From Polyangia bacterium (GTDB lineage: Bacteria > Myxococcota_A > Polyangia > JAAYKL01), in the NCBI GenBank assembly GCA_050287845.1, contig JBNKCR010000026.1, positions 1-64,000 on the forward strand: 64,000 bases of DNA, given 5' to 3'. The number at the start of each line of letters is the position of its first letter. Positions within the stretch are counted from its first letter, which is position 1. Below are positions 39,109-50,800 of the stretch, in pieces. The notes under the pieces are model-generated. The model was not told the DNA's origin. It saw only the letters and a program-made list of their open reading frames with translations, and ran no database searches. A program made the position numbers and the translations under genes.

Positions 39109-39379
39109 TATGTTAAAGAGCGACTCATGACCCGTTGATATGATGATTTTCAGTCATCACAGGATTTGCAAAAAAAAATGATACTACGGATAGTCTGAAG
39201 GCACTTTTGAGTTACAATATGATTGGCAATTTAACATATTTATGGCAAAGACAACCCCTCAAAGGAGGAAACAGTTGTACGGCTATCCCGTAATGAATTT
39301 TTTGTACGGTTTCCGTCGATACTACAGTTCTTATTTTTTTTTCCCTGTTTGCAGGGACTTTTGAGGAGCTAAATTTATT

Positions 39380-40381
39380 ATGGCAGAAGATTTTGGAACC
39401 GGAAATAATGTCATTTCGCTGGCAAGTAAGAGAAAGCAGTCCCAACAGGTTGTTGAAGAGGTCAAGGACATTTTTCGTTTGCAGGCAATGGCTATTGCCA
39501 GTCTTTCCAACAAAATAAACGGCGAGTTCAGCAGAGCTGTCAAGACTATCCTCAATACGACCGGACACCTTGTGGTTTGCGGCATCGGAAAATCAGGCCT
39601 GATTGGTCAGAAGATGGCAGCAACCTTTGCGTCTACGGGAACGCCCAGCTTCTTTGTTCATCCGGCTGAGGCCTATCACGGCGATCTGGGCATGATCACC
39701 GAAGAGGACTCAATCATATTGATTTCCAATAGCGGCGAAACTGAAGAAATTGTCCGCCTGATTCCTTACCTGAAACAGATTAATATTCCCATTATCGCAC
39801 TTGTTGGCAGGCTGAATTCCCACCTGGCAGCCCAGGCCGATGTCTGTATCGATATATCTGTTGACCGGGAGGTATGTCCCAACAACCTGGCGCCAACGAA
39901 TTCGACACTGGCAACCCTCGCCATGGGGGATGCGCTCGCGGTTTCATTGATCAAGGAACGTGATTTCCAGGCCAATGACTTTGCCCGGTTGCATCCCGGG
40001 GGAACTCTTGGTCGAAAATTGCTAACGGCAGTTAAAGACGTCATGCATACAGGCGCGCTACCGATTGTTTCACCGGAACAGAGTGTCCAGGATTCACTGA
40101 TACCAATGACCCAGGGCCGTCTGGGCCTGGTACTTGCCATGGAAAACGACAAGCTTCTGGGAATCGTTACAGATGGAGATCTTCGCCGAGCGCTTCAGAA
40201 ACACGCTGATCTGTCCAGAGTCACTGTAGGCTCTATCATGACTTCAACCCCCAAGACCATTTGCGAAACAGCACGATTGGCGGATGCCGAAGACATCATG
40301 AAACAAAATAAAATAAAAGCACTTGTGGTTTTAAACGACAGCGGTAAGGTCTCGGGGATTCTGGAAATCTTTGACGATTGA
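39380..40381 (+). CDS. kpsF: Arabinose-5-phosphate isomerase (SIS plus 2 CBS domains)
   Basis: GIGKSG, STGTP, HP.EA.HGDLG, ISNSGET, LAPT, HPGG.LG, TDGDLRR. Confidence 0.92.
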   Translation: MAEDFGTGNNVISLASKRKQSQQVVEEVKDIFRLQAMAIASLSNKINGEFSRAVKTILNTTGHLVVCGIGKSGLIGQKMAATFASTGTPSFFVHPAEAYHGDLGMITEEDSIILISNSGETEEIVRLIPYLKQINIPIIALVGRLNSHLAAQADVCIDISVDREVCPNNLAPTNSTLATLAMGDALAVSLIKERDFQANDFARLHPGGTLGRKLLTAVKDVMHTGALPIVSPEQSVQDSLIPMTQGRLGLVLAMENDKLLGIVTDGDLRRALQKHADLSRVTVGSIMTSTPKTICETARLADAEDIMKQNKIKALVVLNDSGKVSGILEIFDD

Positions 40382-40402
40382 CGAAAACAAGTATGGCACA
40401 AT

Positions 40403-40774
40403 ATGAAAACGATTTTAAAATTCCTAATTCTCTCACTGGCTCTGGCGTGCATCACAATTTCATGTAGTGGTGCACACGGGAAAAACACATCAACAGGATA
40501 TGATCTTACTCTAAACACAGCCGTCTCCCCCCAGAACGAAAGTGAAAAAATCATCCTGAGCAAAATTGCTGCCACTCCTGCCGGAGTACTCACCCAGGCG
40601 GGTAACACATCTTTCATCATAACCAGCCACTACTTTGCCGCCAGCGGCAGGGCATGCAAATCAATTGAAATCACAGGTACTGCAAACGCGCCGGCGAGCC
40701 CAAGAACGGTCTGTGAATTCGAAGGCCAGTGGGGATTTGCTCCAGAGGTTCTCCCCACCACCAACCTCCAATGA
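40403..40774 (+). CDS. Small lipoprotein (DVU3141-family-like)
   Basis: Lipobox-like TISC; YFAASGRAC…C…W motif; sits in a capsule export context. Confidence 0.6.
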   Translation: MKTILKFLILSLALACITISCSGAHGKNTSTGYDLTLNTAVSPQNESEKIILSKIAATPAGVLTQAGNTSFIITSHYFAASGRACKSIEITGTANAPASPRTVCEFEGQWGFAPEVLPTTNLQ

Positions 40775-41565
40775 CTGCCATTGCACGAGAGTACGCACGC
40801 GGCTTCTTCATGCAGCTGCATGTCATCCATGCGTTAATTCTTCGGGAAACCCGAACGACATTCGGCAAACATAGTCTCGGGTACATCTGGGCATTCATGG
40901 AGCCGCTCGTCGGAGTGGGGATATTTCTAGGAATGTTTATTATCACTGATAGAATTCCCCCATCGGGAACGGACGCTGTCGGGTTTCTTTGCACCGGATT
41001 TTTACCATATGGACTTTTCAGCGGTACCATGGGGAAAGCTCGTTCCGCAGTGAGTGCAAACCTTGGATTGCTCTATTACCCTCAGGTTCATACCCTGGAT
41101 CTCGTTGCAGCACGCGCAATTCTGGAAACGGCGACGATTGCTATCACGTTTTTTGGTGCAATGCTCGTGAACACTATTCTAACACAGCACTTTCCGTTGG
41201 AAAGCGCATTAAAAACACTCACAGGTCTTGGTTTCGCGGCGTTGCTGGGTACAGGTCTCGGTCTGATTTTCAACAGTCTGTGCATGGTTGTTCCCACTGC
41301 CGAACACTTTATTAATCCGATCCTGAGGCCGCTGTTCTGGATTTCAGGATTGTTTTTCAGTGCCCATGAACTTTCGAGTTCCGTGAGGGAAATGTTCCTG
41401 TGGAATCCCATTCTTCAGATTATCGAACTCACTCGGGACGGATGGTTTCAGACATACGACCATCAATATTACAGCTATTCATACATCATGTACTGGATAT
41501 TGGGTTTTTTATTTGTTGGAATGGTCTCTGAAAAATTAACCAGAAAATATATCACTGGCTCATGA
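40771..41565 (+). CDS. kpsM: Capsule ABC transporter permease
   Basis: ALILRE..T.FG…GYIWAF.EP; WNPILQ..EL.R; ATGA overlap. Confidence 0.9.
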   Translation: MTAIAREYARGFFMQLHVIHALILRETRTTFGKHSLGYIWAFMEPLVGVGIFLGMFIITDRIPPSGTDAVGFLCTGFLPYGLFSGTMGKARSAVSANLGLLYYPQVHTLDLVAARAILETATIAITFFGAMLVNTILTQHFPLESALKTLTGLGFAALLGTGLGLIFNSLCMVVPTAEHFINPILRPLFWISGLFFSAHELSSSVREMFLWNPILQIIELTRDGWFQTYDHQYYSYSYIMYWILGFLFVGMVSEKLTRKYITGS

Positions 41566-42209
41566 TTGAGATAAGGAATATTTATAAAACATATCACATC
41601 AATGGGAATACCAACCATGTTTTACGTGATATTAGCGCTGTCTTCCCCGACAATACCAATATAGGCATTGTCGGGTTAAACGGTGCTGGGAAATCGACAC
41701 TTTTGCGCATCATGGGTGGGGTGGAGTTGCCGGATTCAGGGAAGATCATTCGAAAAGGCCGTATCTCCTGGCCCATTGGTTTTTCCGGTGGCTTCAATGG
41801 CTCCTTGAGCGGGGAGGAGAACTGTAGATTCGTGGCACGGATATATAATGAGGATGTTGACCGTGTCATCGGATTCGCCCAGGACTTTGCAGAAATTGGC
41901 AAGCATTTTTTTCTTCCCGTGAAGACGTACTCTTCAGGTATGAAAGCCCGGTTGGCATTTGGTTTGAGTATGGCTATTGATTTTAATGCCTATTTAATTG
42001 ATGAAGTTACCGCTGTGGGAGACAATATATTCCAGAAAAAATGCAAGCGGGTATTTGATGAACGAAGAAGCCGAACATCGATAATCATGGTCTCTCATAG
42101 CATGAATACAATTAAAAGTTTTTGCGATAAATGCGCAATTCTAACCCGAGGTTCGTTTCATATGTTCGAGTCAATCGATGAGGCGGCAGAGATATACAAG
42201 GCACTGTAA
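41562..42209 (+). CDS. kpsT: Capsule ABC transporter ATPase
   Basis: GLNGAGKST, YSSGMKARL, YLIDE..AVGD, VSH. Confidence 0.93.
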   Translation: MIEIRNIYKTYHINGNTNHVLRDISAVFPDNTNIGIVGLNGAGKSTLLRIMGGVELPDSGKIIRKGRISWPIGFSGGFNGSLSGEENCRFVARIYNEDVDRVIGFAQDFAEIGKHFFLPVKTYSSGMKARLAFGLSMAIDFNAYLIDEVTAVGDNIFQKKCKRVFDERRSRTSIIMVSHSMNTIKSFCDKCAILTRGSFHMFESIDEAAEIYKAL

Positions 42210-43504
42210 TGCAGGAACAAAAACCACAGAACAACAATTCACAGGGCGTCGCCCAGCTCGCAGCTGCCCAGAATCCCAACACCGCCTCTGCGATGTCAAA
42301 AGACGAAAAGCACATGCAGAATCTGCAAGCGGCGAACAAATTAAAACAGATTCATACTGCCGCCGCCAACCAACCGATGGACTATGAAGCAAAAGCCAGG
42401 AAAAGGCGAAAAAGAAGAGCCTTTCTTCTTATTCAGAAACTGTTCATTTTTGTGATTGCCCCTACCATTGCCGCCTCTGTGTACTATGTATTTTTCGCCA
42501 AAGACCAATTCATGTCCACTTCGTCCGTCTCTGTTAAAACGGAAGGAACGCCATCACTGGGAATCGACTCCATCATCGGCTCCTTCGCCTCTTCAGGAAC
42601 CTCAAAGGACGCACTCACGGTTCAACAGTACATTTTATCCAGAGACATGCTCAAATTGCTGGACGAAAAAGAGCATTTTTTGAAACATTATCAGAATCCC
42701 AACATTGATTTCCTGGCTCGTCTGGCACCGGATGCCACATTTGAGGATGCGTACGAATATTACCTGGAGATGGTTGGCATCAAATTTGATTCTGAATCGG
42801 GGGTACTCACCCTGGAAGTAAAAGCATTCGATCCCGAAAGTGCCCAACGGTTTGCCCAAACACTGATTAAACTGAGTGAACAAAAAGTAAATGCTATGTC
42901 CATTCATATGCAGAATGATAAAATCGCTTTCACCAAAGGCGTGTTAAATGAAGCGGAGCAGCGTCTTTTCGCAGCGCAGAAGGCGATTTTATCCATTCAA
43001 CAGGAACAGGGGGACTTCAGTCCAGACCATTCTGCAAAATCTTTGATGGGGTTAAAAAGTGGTCTGGAGTCCGCCCTGGCGCAGGCACAGACTGAATTGA
43101 ATGAAGCCAGAGCCATCATGGCGCCCACAGCGCCGCAGGTATTGGCGCTGGACAGCAAGGTACGCTCCATTAGAGCGCAAATACGGAAAGAAAATAACCG
43201 GCTCATCGGTTCTGCGGAAGATGGTGGTATGGGGAAAAACATTGCGGAATTTGAACTGGCAATGCTTGAAAAAGAGCTGGCCCAAAAAGAGTACCAATCG
43301 GCCACGATATCTTTGGAGGCAGCAAGACTGGACGCACTCAAACAAAAAAGCTATCTGGTTGAAATAACTTCCCCCTCATTGGTTGACGAAGCCAGCTACC
43401 CCAAACGTTGGCTGAAAATCCTCACTGTTTTTCTGGTTTCACTGGCAGTATTCGGCATTTTTTCCCTTACCGTTTCCGCAGTCAAAGAGCACGCCAGAAT
43501 TTAG
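42209..43504 (+). CDS. kpsE: Capsule export inner-membrane polysaccharide co-polymerase
   Basis: Two TM helices flanking a coiled coil; YILSRDML, V.AF.PE.A, YP.R. Confidence 0.88.
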   Translation: MQEQKPQNNNSQGVAQLAAAQNPNTASAMSKDEKHMQNLQAANKLKQIHTAAANQPMDYEAKARKRRKRRAFLLIQKLFIFVIAPTIAASVYYVFFAKDQFMSTSSVSVKTEGTPSLGIDSIIGSFASSGTSKDALTVQQYILSRDMLKLLDEKEHFLKHYQNPNIDFLARLAPDATFEDAYEYYLEMVGIKFDSESGVLTLEVKAFDPESAQRFAQTLIKLSEQKVNAMSIHMQNDKIAFTKGVLNEAEQRLFAAQKAILSIQQEQGDFSPDHSAKSLMGLKSGLESALAQAQTELNEARAIMAPTAPQVLALDSKVRSIRAQIRKENNRLIGSAEDGGMGKNIAEFELAMLEKELAQKEYQSATISLEAARLDALKQKSYLVEITSPSLVDEASYPKRWLKILTVFLVSLAVFGIFSLTVSAVKEHARI

Positions 43505-43571
43505 CGTTACACCACTTGAAAAAAAAACGAATTCGGTTACTTTATCGCTGTTTTTATTCAGGAAATCATTT

Positions 43572-45308
43572 ATGAAAAAATCAATTATTCATTTGTATCC
43601 AATTATTGTTGTTTTTTGTTTACTCCTTTCTGGAGGGGTATTCGCCCAGACTCCGACTGCTGCGCAAATCGCAGCAGCAAGAGCAGCGCAAGCGCAGGCA
43701 GCCAACGGAAACCAGCCAACAGCGCCTGCGGCGGCTGCTACCCAGAACACTTTCTCGACCCCGGACGAGTTGATTATGGAACCGGAAATGCCACCCCCGG
43801 TAAATGAAACGCCCAAAGAGGCGCTTTTACCTTATGGCGCCAATCTTTTTTCCGGACATTTCATCAAAACCAGAGAAAACGGTCTCAATCCCAATTACAT
43901 CATCATGACCGGGGACAAGATAGCGATATCCTCTTGGGGAGTTGTCAACATTAACAACATTTTCACGGTGGATGGCCAGGGGAATATTTTTCTGCCTGAG
44001 ATTGGACCTATTCGAGTTGAAGGGGCGAAATATGCAAATCTGAACAGGCTGGTCAGTGCATCTGTGCGCAAAGTGTACTTGCGCAATGTCAATGTGTACA
44101 CCAACCTGCTCACCGCCAATCCCATTGCGGTATTCGTGACGGGTGGCGTGGTCAATCCCGGGCGTTACGCCGGGCTACCCTCAGACAGCGTCCTCTATTT
44201 TTTAGATCAGGCCGCCGGTATCAACCCCAACCTTGGCAGCTATCGACGGATTGTCGTTTTGCGTGACAACGAGAAAATTGCGTCCATTGATTTGTACGAC
44301 TTTTTGCTCAACGGAAAAATCGATGTTCCGCAGCTGCAGGATAACGACACTATTCTGGTGGAACGCAGAGGGCCCGTAGTAGAATTGTCGGGGAATGTCG
44401 CTTCGCCCTGTCTCATTGAATTCAAATCCGACACCAATACCGGCGCCGACGCCATGGCCATTATTCCCAAAGCGGCCACCGCCACAGAAGTCACTATCAC
44501 AGGAATTCGACATGGTCGACCGTACGCCAAGACGTCGAAGATAGATACTTTTCAGCAGGAGCCGCTGTTCAATGGGGACACCATTAACATTCGCACCGAT
44601 GGCCGAACCGAATCCATTATGATCAAGTTGCACGGTGAGTTCGAGGGTCCGACGATGCTCACGGTAAATCGTGGCGCGCGGTTGGTTGATGTTCTGAACA
44701 TGATACCCACGTCACAAGAATTGGCCAATGTGAACGCGGTGCATATTCTTCGCAGATCCGTGGCATTGGCACAAAAGGATGCCATTACCGATTCCCTCTT
44801 TCGCCTGGAACGAAGCGCGCTTCTTGCCCTTTCCGCATCTCAGGGAGAATCAGCGATTCGCATCAGAGAAGCGAATTTGACTGCACAATTTGTTCAGCGA
44901 GCTCGGCAAATCCAGCCATTGGGTCGCGTCGTAACGGTTCAGAATGGAAAGCAGCTGAATGTATTGCTGGAGGACGGCGACACGATTGTGATCCCCCCGA
45001 GAACCAATGTGGTTCGTATTGGCGGCGAAGTGATGATTGCACAGGCAGTTATGTTCAAGGAAGACACCTCTGCACGAGAATACATCAGAATGGCGGGTGG
45101 CTATTCCGAACGGGGTGATGACGACATGGTGATTGTGCTTCATGCTGACGCATCTGTTTCCATCGAAGATCCGGACGATGTAATACTGCCAGGGGACGAA
45201 ATTCTGGTTCCCCCTCGTATTGACGTGAAAGTACTTCAGAATGCTGCGGATGTGATGCAAATCATTTATCAGGTGGCGGTTTCGGCAGGGGTTGTGCTTC
45301 GCCTGTAA
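43572..45308 (+). CDS. kpsD: Polysaccharide export protein (OPX/SLBB)
   Basis: PYGANLF.G, NP.Y….GD, VDGQGNIFLP.IGP, repeated SLBB motifs, LLEDGD.I.IP. Confidence 0.88.
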   Translation: MKKSIIHLYPIIVVFCLLLSGGVFAQTPTAAQIAAARAAQAQAANGNQPTAPAAAATQNTFSTPDELIMEPEMPPPVNETPKEALLPYGANLFSGHFIKTRENGLNPNYIIMTGDKIAISSWGVVNINNIFTVDGQGNIFLPEIGPIRVEGAKYANLNRLVSASVRKVYLRNVNVYTNLLTANPIAVFVTGGVVNPGRYAGLPSDSVLYFLDQAAGINPNLGSYRRIVVLRDNEKIASIDLYDFLLNGKIDVPQLQDNDTILVERRGPVVELSGNVASPCLIEFKSDTNTGADAMAIIPKAATATEVTITGIRHGRPYAKTSKIDTFQQEPLFNGDTINIRTDGRTESIMIKLHGEFEGPTMLTVNRGARLVDVLNMIPTSQELANVNAVHILRRSVALAQKDAITDSLFRLERSALLALSASQGESAIRIREANLTAQFVQRARQIQPLGRVVTVQNGKQLNVLLEDGDTIVIPPRTNVVRIGGEVMIAQAVMFKEDTSAREYIRMAGGYSERGDDDMVIVLHADASVSIEDPDDVILPGDEILVPPRIDVKVLQNAADVMQIIYQVAVSAGVVLRL

Positions 45309-45429
45309 TCTGAATGTGAATTTCCCGCCCCTCCCCTCATCCTCATCCGCAATTCAAAACAATCTCTGTGAACTGAAGAAAACTGAATCAGATATGCATC
45401 GTGTGACTTCCGATCGTCTACTGGTTCCG

Positions 45430-46461
45430 CTACCCCAGATACCAGGCGTACATCCTGGAGATGCCATCGGCAAGGGTCGTTGAGGCTTGCCATCCAAGCC
45501 GGTTCAGTTTCGTGACATCCAGAAGTTTTCTTGGGGTACCATCTGGTTTTGTTGTGTCAAATACCAATTTACCACCGAATCCCACGACTTCCCGTATCAG
45601 TTCTGCAAGCGCAGCAATTGTCAGATCCGTACCAGTGCCGATATTAATATGAGTATTCACAACTTCGCTTCGTCCTTCGGCCAAATCTGAGAAATTGACA
45701 TTTTCCATGACGAACACGCACGCATCGGCCATATCCTCGGAATACAGGAATTCACGATATGGCGTGCCAGAGCCCCAAATCGTGACCGATTCTCCCGAAA
45801 TCCCATATTGTTCGGTAACGGAACGCCATTGCTGGGTCCCCAGGTCGCGCGTAACAGCGTCTTCATTGCCCTGTTCCAATAGTTTTGCCAGATGCATCTT
45901 GCGTATCAGCGCGGGAAGAACATGGGATTTCTCCAAATCAAAGTTGTCAAAAGGTCCGTAGAGGTTTGTGGGCATCACTGAGATGAAATTGGTACCGTAT
46001 TGAAGATTATATGCCTCGCACATTTTCAGCCCGGCAATCTTGGCAATGGCATACGGCTCATTGGTGTACTCAAGCTCACTGGTCAACAGGTACTCTTCTT
46101 TCATGGGCTGGGGACACAGACGGGGATAAATACAGCTGCTGCCAAGAAATAACAGCTTTTTCACCCCATGGAGGTAACTTGAATGAACGACATTGTTCTG
46201 TATCTGAAGATTGGAATGAATGAATTCTGCCCGATAGGTATTGTTGGCAACAATCCCTCCTACCCGGGCAGCTGCAAGAAACACGTATTCCGGTTTCTCT
46301 GAGTTGAAAAAAGCTTCTGTTTCTGCAAAGTTTTCAAGGTTCAATTCTTCAATCGTTTTACCCAGAATATTGGTGTAGCCATGTTTCTCAAGAGAGCGGC
46401 AGAGAGCGCTTCCCACCAGTCCGGTATGTCCTGCCACGTAAATCTTACTTGTTTTTTTCAT
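45430..46461 (-). CDS. fcl: GDP-L-fucose synthase
   Basis: VAGHTGLVGS, LAAARVGGI.AN, LGSSCIYP, YAIAK, PTNLYGP, KPDGTPRK. Confidence 0.95.
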   Translation of the reverse strand: MKKTSKIYVAGHTGLVGSALCRSLEKHGYTNILGKTIEELNLENFAETEAFFNSEKPEYVFLAAARVGGIVANNTYRAEFIHSNLQIQNNVVHSSYLHGVKKLLFLGSSCIYPRLCPQPMKEEYLLTSELEYTNEPYAIAKIAGLKMCEAYNLQYGTNFISVMPTNLYGPFDNFDLEKSHVLPALIRKMHLAKLLEQGNEDAVTRDLGTQQWRSVTEQYGISGESVTIWGSGTPYREFLYSEDMADACVFVMENVNFSDLAEGRSEVVNTHINIGTGTDLTIAALAELIREVVGFGGKLVFDTTKPDGTPRKLLDVTKLNRLGWQASTTLADGISRMYAWYLG

Positions 46462-46471
46462 ATCTCCACAC

Positions 46472-47587
46472 CTACTCAAAACGATTCAGAATTGGATGCC
46501 CAGCTTCTTTTAAATACTTCTCTTTCTCCATCAGGGAGATGTCGCTCTCCATCATATCGGCCACCAGCGCATCCAAATCCGTCTCCGGCTGCCAGCCGAG
46601 TTTATCTTTTGCATTGGAGGCATCGCCAATGAGCAGGTCGACCTCGGTTGGTCTGAAATATCTGGGATCAACTGCCACCACTTCTCTGCCGGTTTCCACC
46701 TGGTAACGATCGTTGTCGCACGACTGCACAACGCCGGTTTCATTTATTCCCGCGCCGATAAATTCAATTTTCACCCCGATATGTGCGAACGCTTTCATCA
46801 CAAAGTCGCGAATGGATGTGGTCACTCCTGTTGCGAGTACAAAATCGTCCGCTTCGCGGTGTTGCAGAATTCGCCACATCCCATCCACATAATCCCGCGC
46901 ATGTCCCCAGTCTCTCTTCGCACCGAGATTACCGAGATAGAGCTTATCCTGAAGCCCCAGACCAATCTTGGCAACCGCTCTCGTAATCTTTCGGGTCACA
47001 AAAGTTTCTCCGCGAATGGGACTTTCATGATTGAAAAGAATCCCATTGGAAGCGAACATCCCATATGCTTCGCGATAATTCACAGTAATCCAATACGCGT
47101 AGAGCTTGGCAACTGCATACGGACTCCTGGGATAAAATGGCGTGTTTTCATCCTGAGGGACCGTCTGAACCAGACCGTACAGTTCACTGGTGGATGCCTG
47201 ATAAATCCTGGTTTTTTCAACCATACCCAGAATCCTAACCGCCTCCAGAATTCGCAGGGTACCGAGACCATCTGCATTGGCAGTGTATTCCGGTGTATCA
47301 AAGCTGACATGAACATGACTCATGGCCGCAAGATTGTAGATTTCATCGGGTTGTACCTGTTGAATAATCCGAATTAAATTGGTGGAGTCCGTCATATCCC
47401 CGTAATGGAGAAAGAAACTGGAATTTTCTTCATGCGGTTCCTGATACAAGTGATCAATGCGATCGGTATTAAAAAGGGAAGAACGGCGCTTTACGCCATG
47501 AACCTCATACCCTTTCGAGAGTAAAAGTTCTGACAGATAAGCGCCATCCTGGCCTGTTACGCCTGTGATCAATGCTTTTTTTCTCAT
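46472..47587 (-). CDS. gmd: GDP-mannose 4,6-dehydratase
   Basis: [48 protein letters not shown]. Confidence 0.97.
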   Translation of the reverse strand: MRKKALITGVTGQDGAYLSELLLSKGYEVHGVKRRSSLFNTDRIDHLYQEPHEENSSFFLHYGDMTDSTNLIRIIQQVQPDEIYNLAAMSHVHVSFDTPEYTANADGLGTLRILEAVRILGMVEKTRIYQASTSELYGLVQTVPQDENTPFYPRSPYAVAKLYAYWITVNYREAYGMFASNGILFNHESPIRGETFVTRKITRAVAKIGLGLQDKLYLGNLGAKRDWGHARDYVDGMWRILQHREADDFVLATGVTTSIRDFVMKAFAHIGVKIEFIGAGINETGVVQSCDNDRYQVETGREVVAVDPRYFRPTEVDLLIGDASNAKDKLGWQPETDLDALVADMMESDISLMEKEKYLKEAGHPILNRFE

Positions 47588-47892
47588 CCTGTTCACTTTC
47601 TCTGACAATTTCTGGAGTGTCCAGTGTGCTGCTCAGTGTTTCCAATCGCGCATGATTGATTTTGAATAACTCTTATATAACAACAATGTACGCGAGCAAA
47701 TCCGGTTTCTGACAAAAGCCAACGTTATTCCCATTGAAGCCCCTGAGGGGCTTTCGAATCACCTCTCTGCCGTCTCTTGTAAAATGAATTATTTTATGTT
47801 TACTTTCTGCACTCGTATTCGTAATCAATTGAATTGATTAATTACGCGCCCCTATTGCTATCAGGTGGGCATCAAATATCCTCAGGAAGAAC

Positions 47893-50800
47893 ATGTTCAA
47901 ACCCTCATTTATTTTTCAGAGAAAAAAGCCTCGGCGCCCCGGAAAAAAAGAAATACAGAAATCAATCGCGATACTGGAAAAAAGCGGACTGTTTGACGAG
48001 GCGTACTATCTTTCAGAATATCCGGATGTGGAACAAGCCAACGTTAAAGCTGTGCGCCACTTTCTGCTCTATGGCGGTTTTGAAGGTCGCAATCCCAACC
48101 CCTACTTCGATTCCACGCTGTATTTGTCGCAGTTTCCCCGTCTTGAGAAAAAGAGAATCAACCCACTGCTTGATTTCATTGAATCCAGAAAAAAAAACGT
48201 CACTGCCTACAAGAGAATAAACATCATCCGAAAAAGTGGATTATTCGATTCAGATTTTTATCTGGACAATAATCCCGGTTTAAAAAACTACCCCATTGAC
48301 CCAATCGAGCATTTTTACTTTTTCGGCGCATACACGGGATGTGATCCCAATCCGAATTTCAACACATCAGTTTATCTTACCCATCACAGGCAAGTGAAGA
48401 AATCCGGCATCAACCCCCTGTATCACTGTATCGTTGAAGGCAGTCAAGACCATAACGCTATAAACTCGTCCTACACAAACCTTTCTTCTGCAATCACACC
48501 GGCAATCCGGAAAGACATCGCATGCATTACGGAATCTGAGCTGTTTGATGCGGAATATTATGCTGCCGCCAATCTGAAAAATATTCCTGAGAAAATTGAT
48601 CCGATATTGCATTTCTGCGTGTACGGATGGAAAGAAGGACGAAACCCCAATCGGGAATTCGACACCAATTTTTACCTGTCAGAATATCCGGATGTGGACG
48701 ATGTCGGGATCAATCCGTTTGTTCACTGGATAAAAAAAGGTCGTTCCGAAGGACGCCTCACTAACGAAATACGCATTTATCCACCAACTAAGCCGAGAGT
48801 AAATTCTCCGTCTCTCATCTTTGTATCTCATGAGGCAACCCAGACGGGAGCCCCCGCTGTACTTCTTACTCTGATGCGTTGGTTGAAGGAAAACACACAA
48901 ATCAACTTCAGCATTGTGGTGGGCAGAAGTGGACCATGGAACTATAAATTCGAAGAGATGGCGCCCACCTTTTTTATCGATCTGGAATGTGAAAATCGCG
49001 AAACAAAACTCCGCACATTTTGCGGAGACCATGTTAAAGCGGTGTATCTCAACACAATTGTCGCAGGCGAGTTCGTCAAACACTTTCATTTTTTGAATGC
49101 AGAGTTTGTCACTCACATTCATGAAATGGAGAACGTGTTCAAGATATTTGAAATACATGTGGACGTCATCAAGAACATCTGCACCAAATACATCGCTGTC
49201 TCTGAAGGTTCAGTTGAATCCATTTCTAAAAGAGTTCCAAGCGGTTCCGCTGATATTCTGCTACTACGGCCGTTTATTGAACCGAAACGCAAGCCTGGTA
49301 AACCCATTCCAAAACCATCCGAAAAAAAAGCCATCTTTGGATGCGGTCCCACTGAACTGCGCAAGGGATTTGATCTGTTCTGCCAGGTTGCAAGTCAGTT
49401 GAAGGCGGATGGCCGAAACGACTTTCATATGTACTGGATAGGTTCCGGAACCCAAACGGACCTGAATGCCGATGAAGTCATCGAGTCATCGAATGTAGCC
49501 GACGTTGTTTCGTTCCTCGGTCCTAAAAAGTATCCCAGGGACTATTTTGAATGGGGAAGTATCTTTTTGCTGACATCCCGAGAAGATCCCCATCCCCTTG
49601 TATGTCTGGAAGCCGCCGAATGTGGGATGCCGATTGTCTGCTTCGACGATCAGGCTGGCAGCATTCATACGTTTGTTGAAGAAGATGCCGGCAAGGTCAC
49701 ACCATATCTGGACATAGACAGAATGACCGAAGCGGTCACCCACTATCTGGATGACGACACGGCTCGTGTTGCTGCCGGGCAGGCAGGTCGCAAAAAAGTA
49801 CTGGATAAGTATTACGTCAATAACGCAGCACCTCAAATTCTGTCGTTCCTGCCTTCATCCGTTTTCGAATCGTTCGATACTGGCGATGAGATTGAGAATC
49901 TGAAGGTACTGATAGATAAATACAACGCCATTTCATTCGACATCTTTGACACACTCGTCGTTCGAAAGGTAACCGACCCCAATATTGCTTTTGATATTGT
50001 GGAGAGAAAGCTCAGTAAAAACGAACCTGTTCCCATTCCATTCCACCAGGAAAGAATGAGCACCGCCGGTCGCGTTCTCGGCAGTTACAAGGGAAAAAGA
50101 GATGATGTTTCTCTTACGGAAATATATCAGCAGATGCCGTTTCACAAGGACCCATCGGTTGAAAGAGAAACTGAAATGGCTCTCTGTACCGCGCATCCAA
50201 CAGGGATTCAGCTCTTCAGGTACGCTCAAGAGAAAAACAAAACAATTTTTCTCACCAGCGACATGTATCTGGACAAAGAAACCGTTACGTCCATCCTCAA
50301 GAACACTGGCATTGAGGGATGGGCCGGGTTGCTTCTGTCTTCGGATATGGGTAAAAAGAAGGACACTGGCAGACTGTACATTGAACTTGTCCGGCACGCG
50401 GCAAAACAGAAAGTGTCAAAAGATAAGATACTCCATATCGGCGACAACTGGAAAGGCGATGTGGAATATGCCAGAAAAGCAGGAATTGCCTGCGCGCGAT
50501 TCACGCCTCTGTATGACAGGGATTACCAACTGTGTCCCCTGACAGATAAAGCGCGCTCTGAAATGTCCCAGACCGGACGAATATGGGAGAGCTTCTGTTC
50601 TCAGGCGGCCCGCCACTGGTTGGAAGAGCGCCCGCATATGCTCCCGGAAATTTTCATCCGACTGGGGTACGAATTGACCGGACCGATGGCGATGATGTCC
50701 GCTATTCATACGCACGACATCGCCAAACTGTATGGGGCTGAACAAATAGTGTTCATGGCCAGAGATGGTCGCATTATCAAAAAAGCATTTGATAGACTCT

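Noticed and set aside
39244..39320. c-di-GMP-I (GEMM) riboswitch
   Set aside because: GGCAAA and two hairpins are present, but the GNRA loop and the conserved GCAAA junction are missing.
47737..47753. AAGCCCC-TGA-GGGGCTT hairpin as a terminator
   Set aside because: It lies between divergent genes with no gene ending nearby, and the stem is short.
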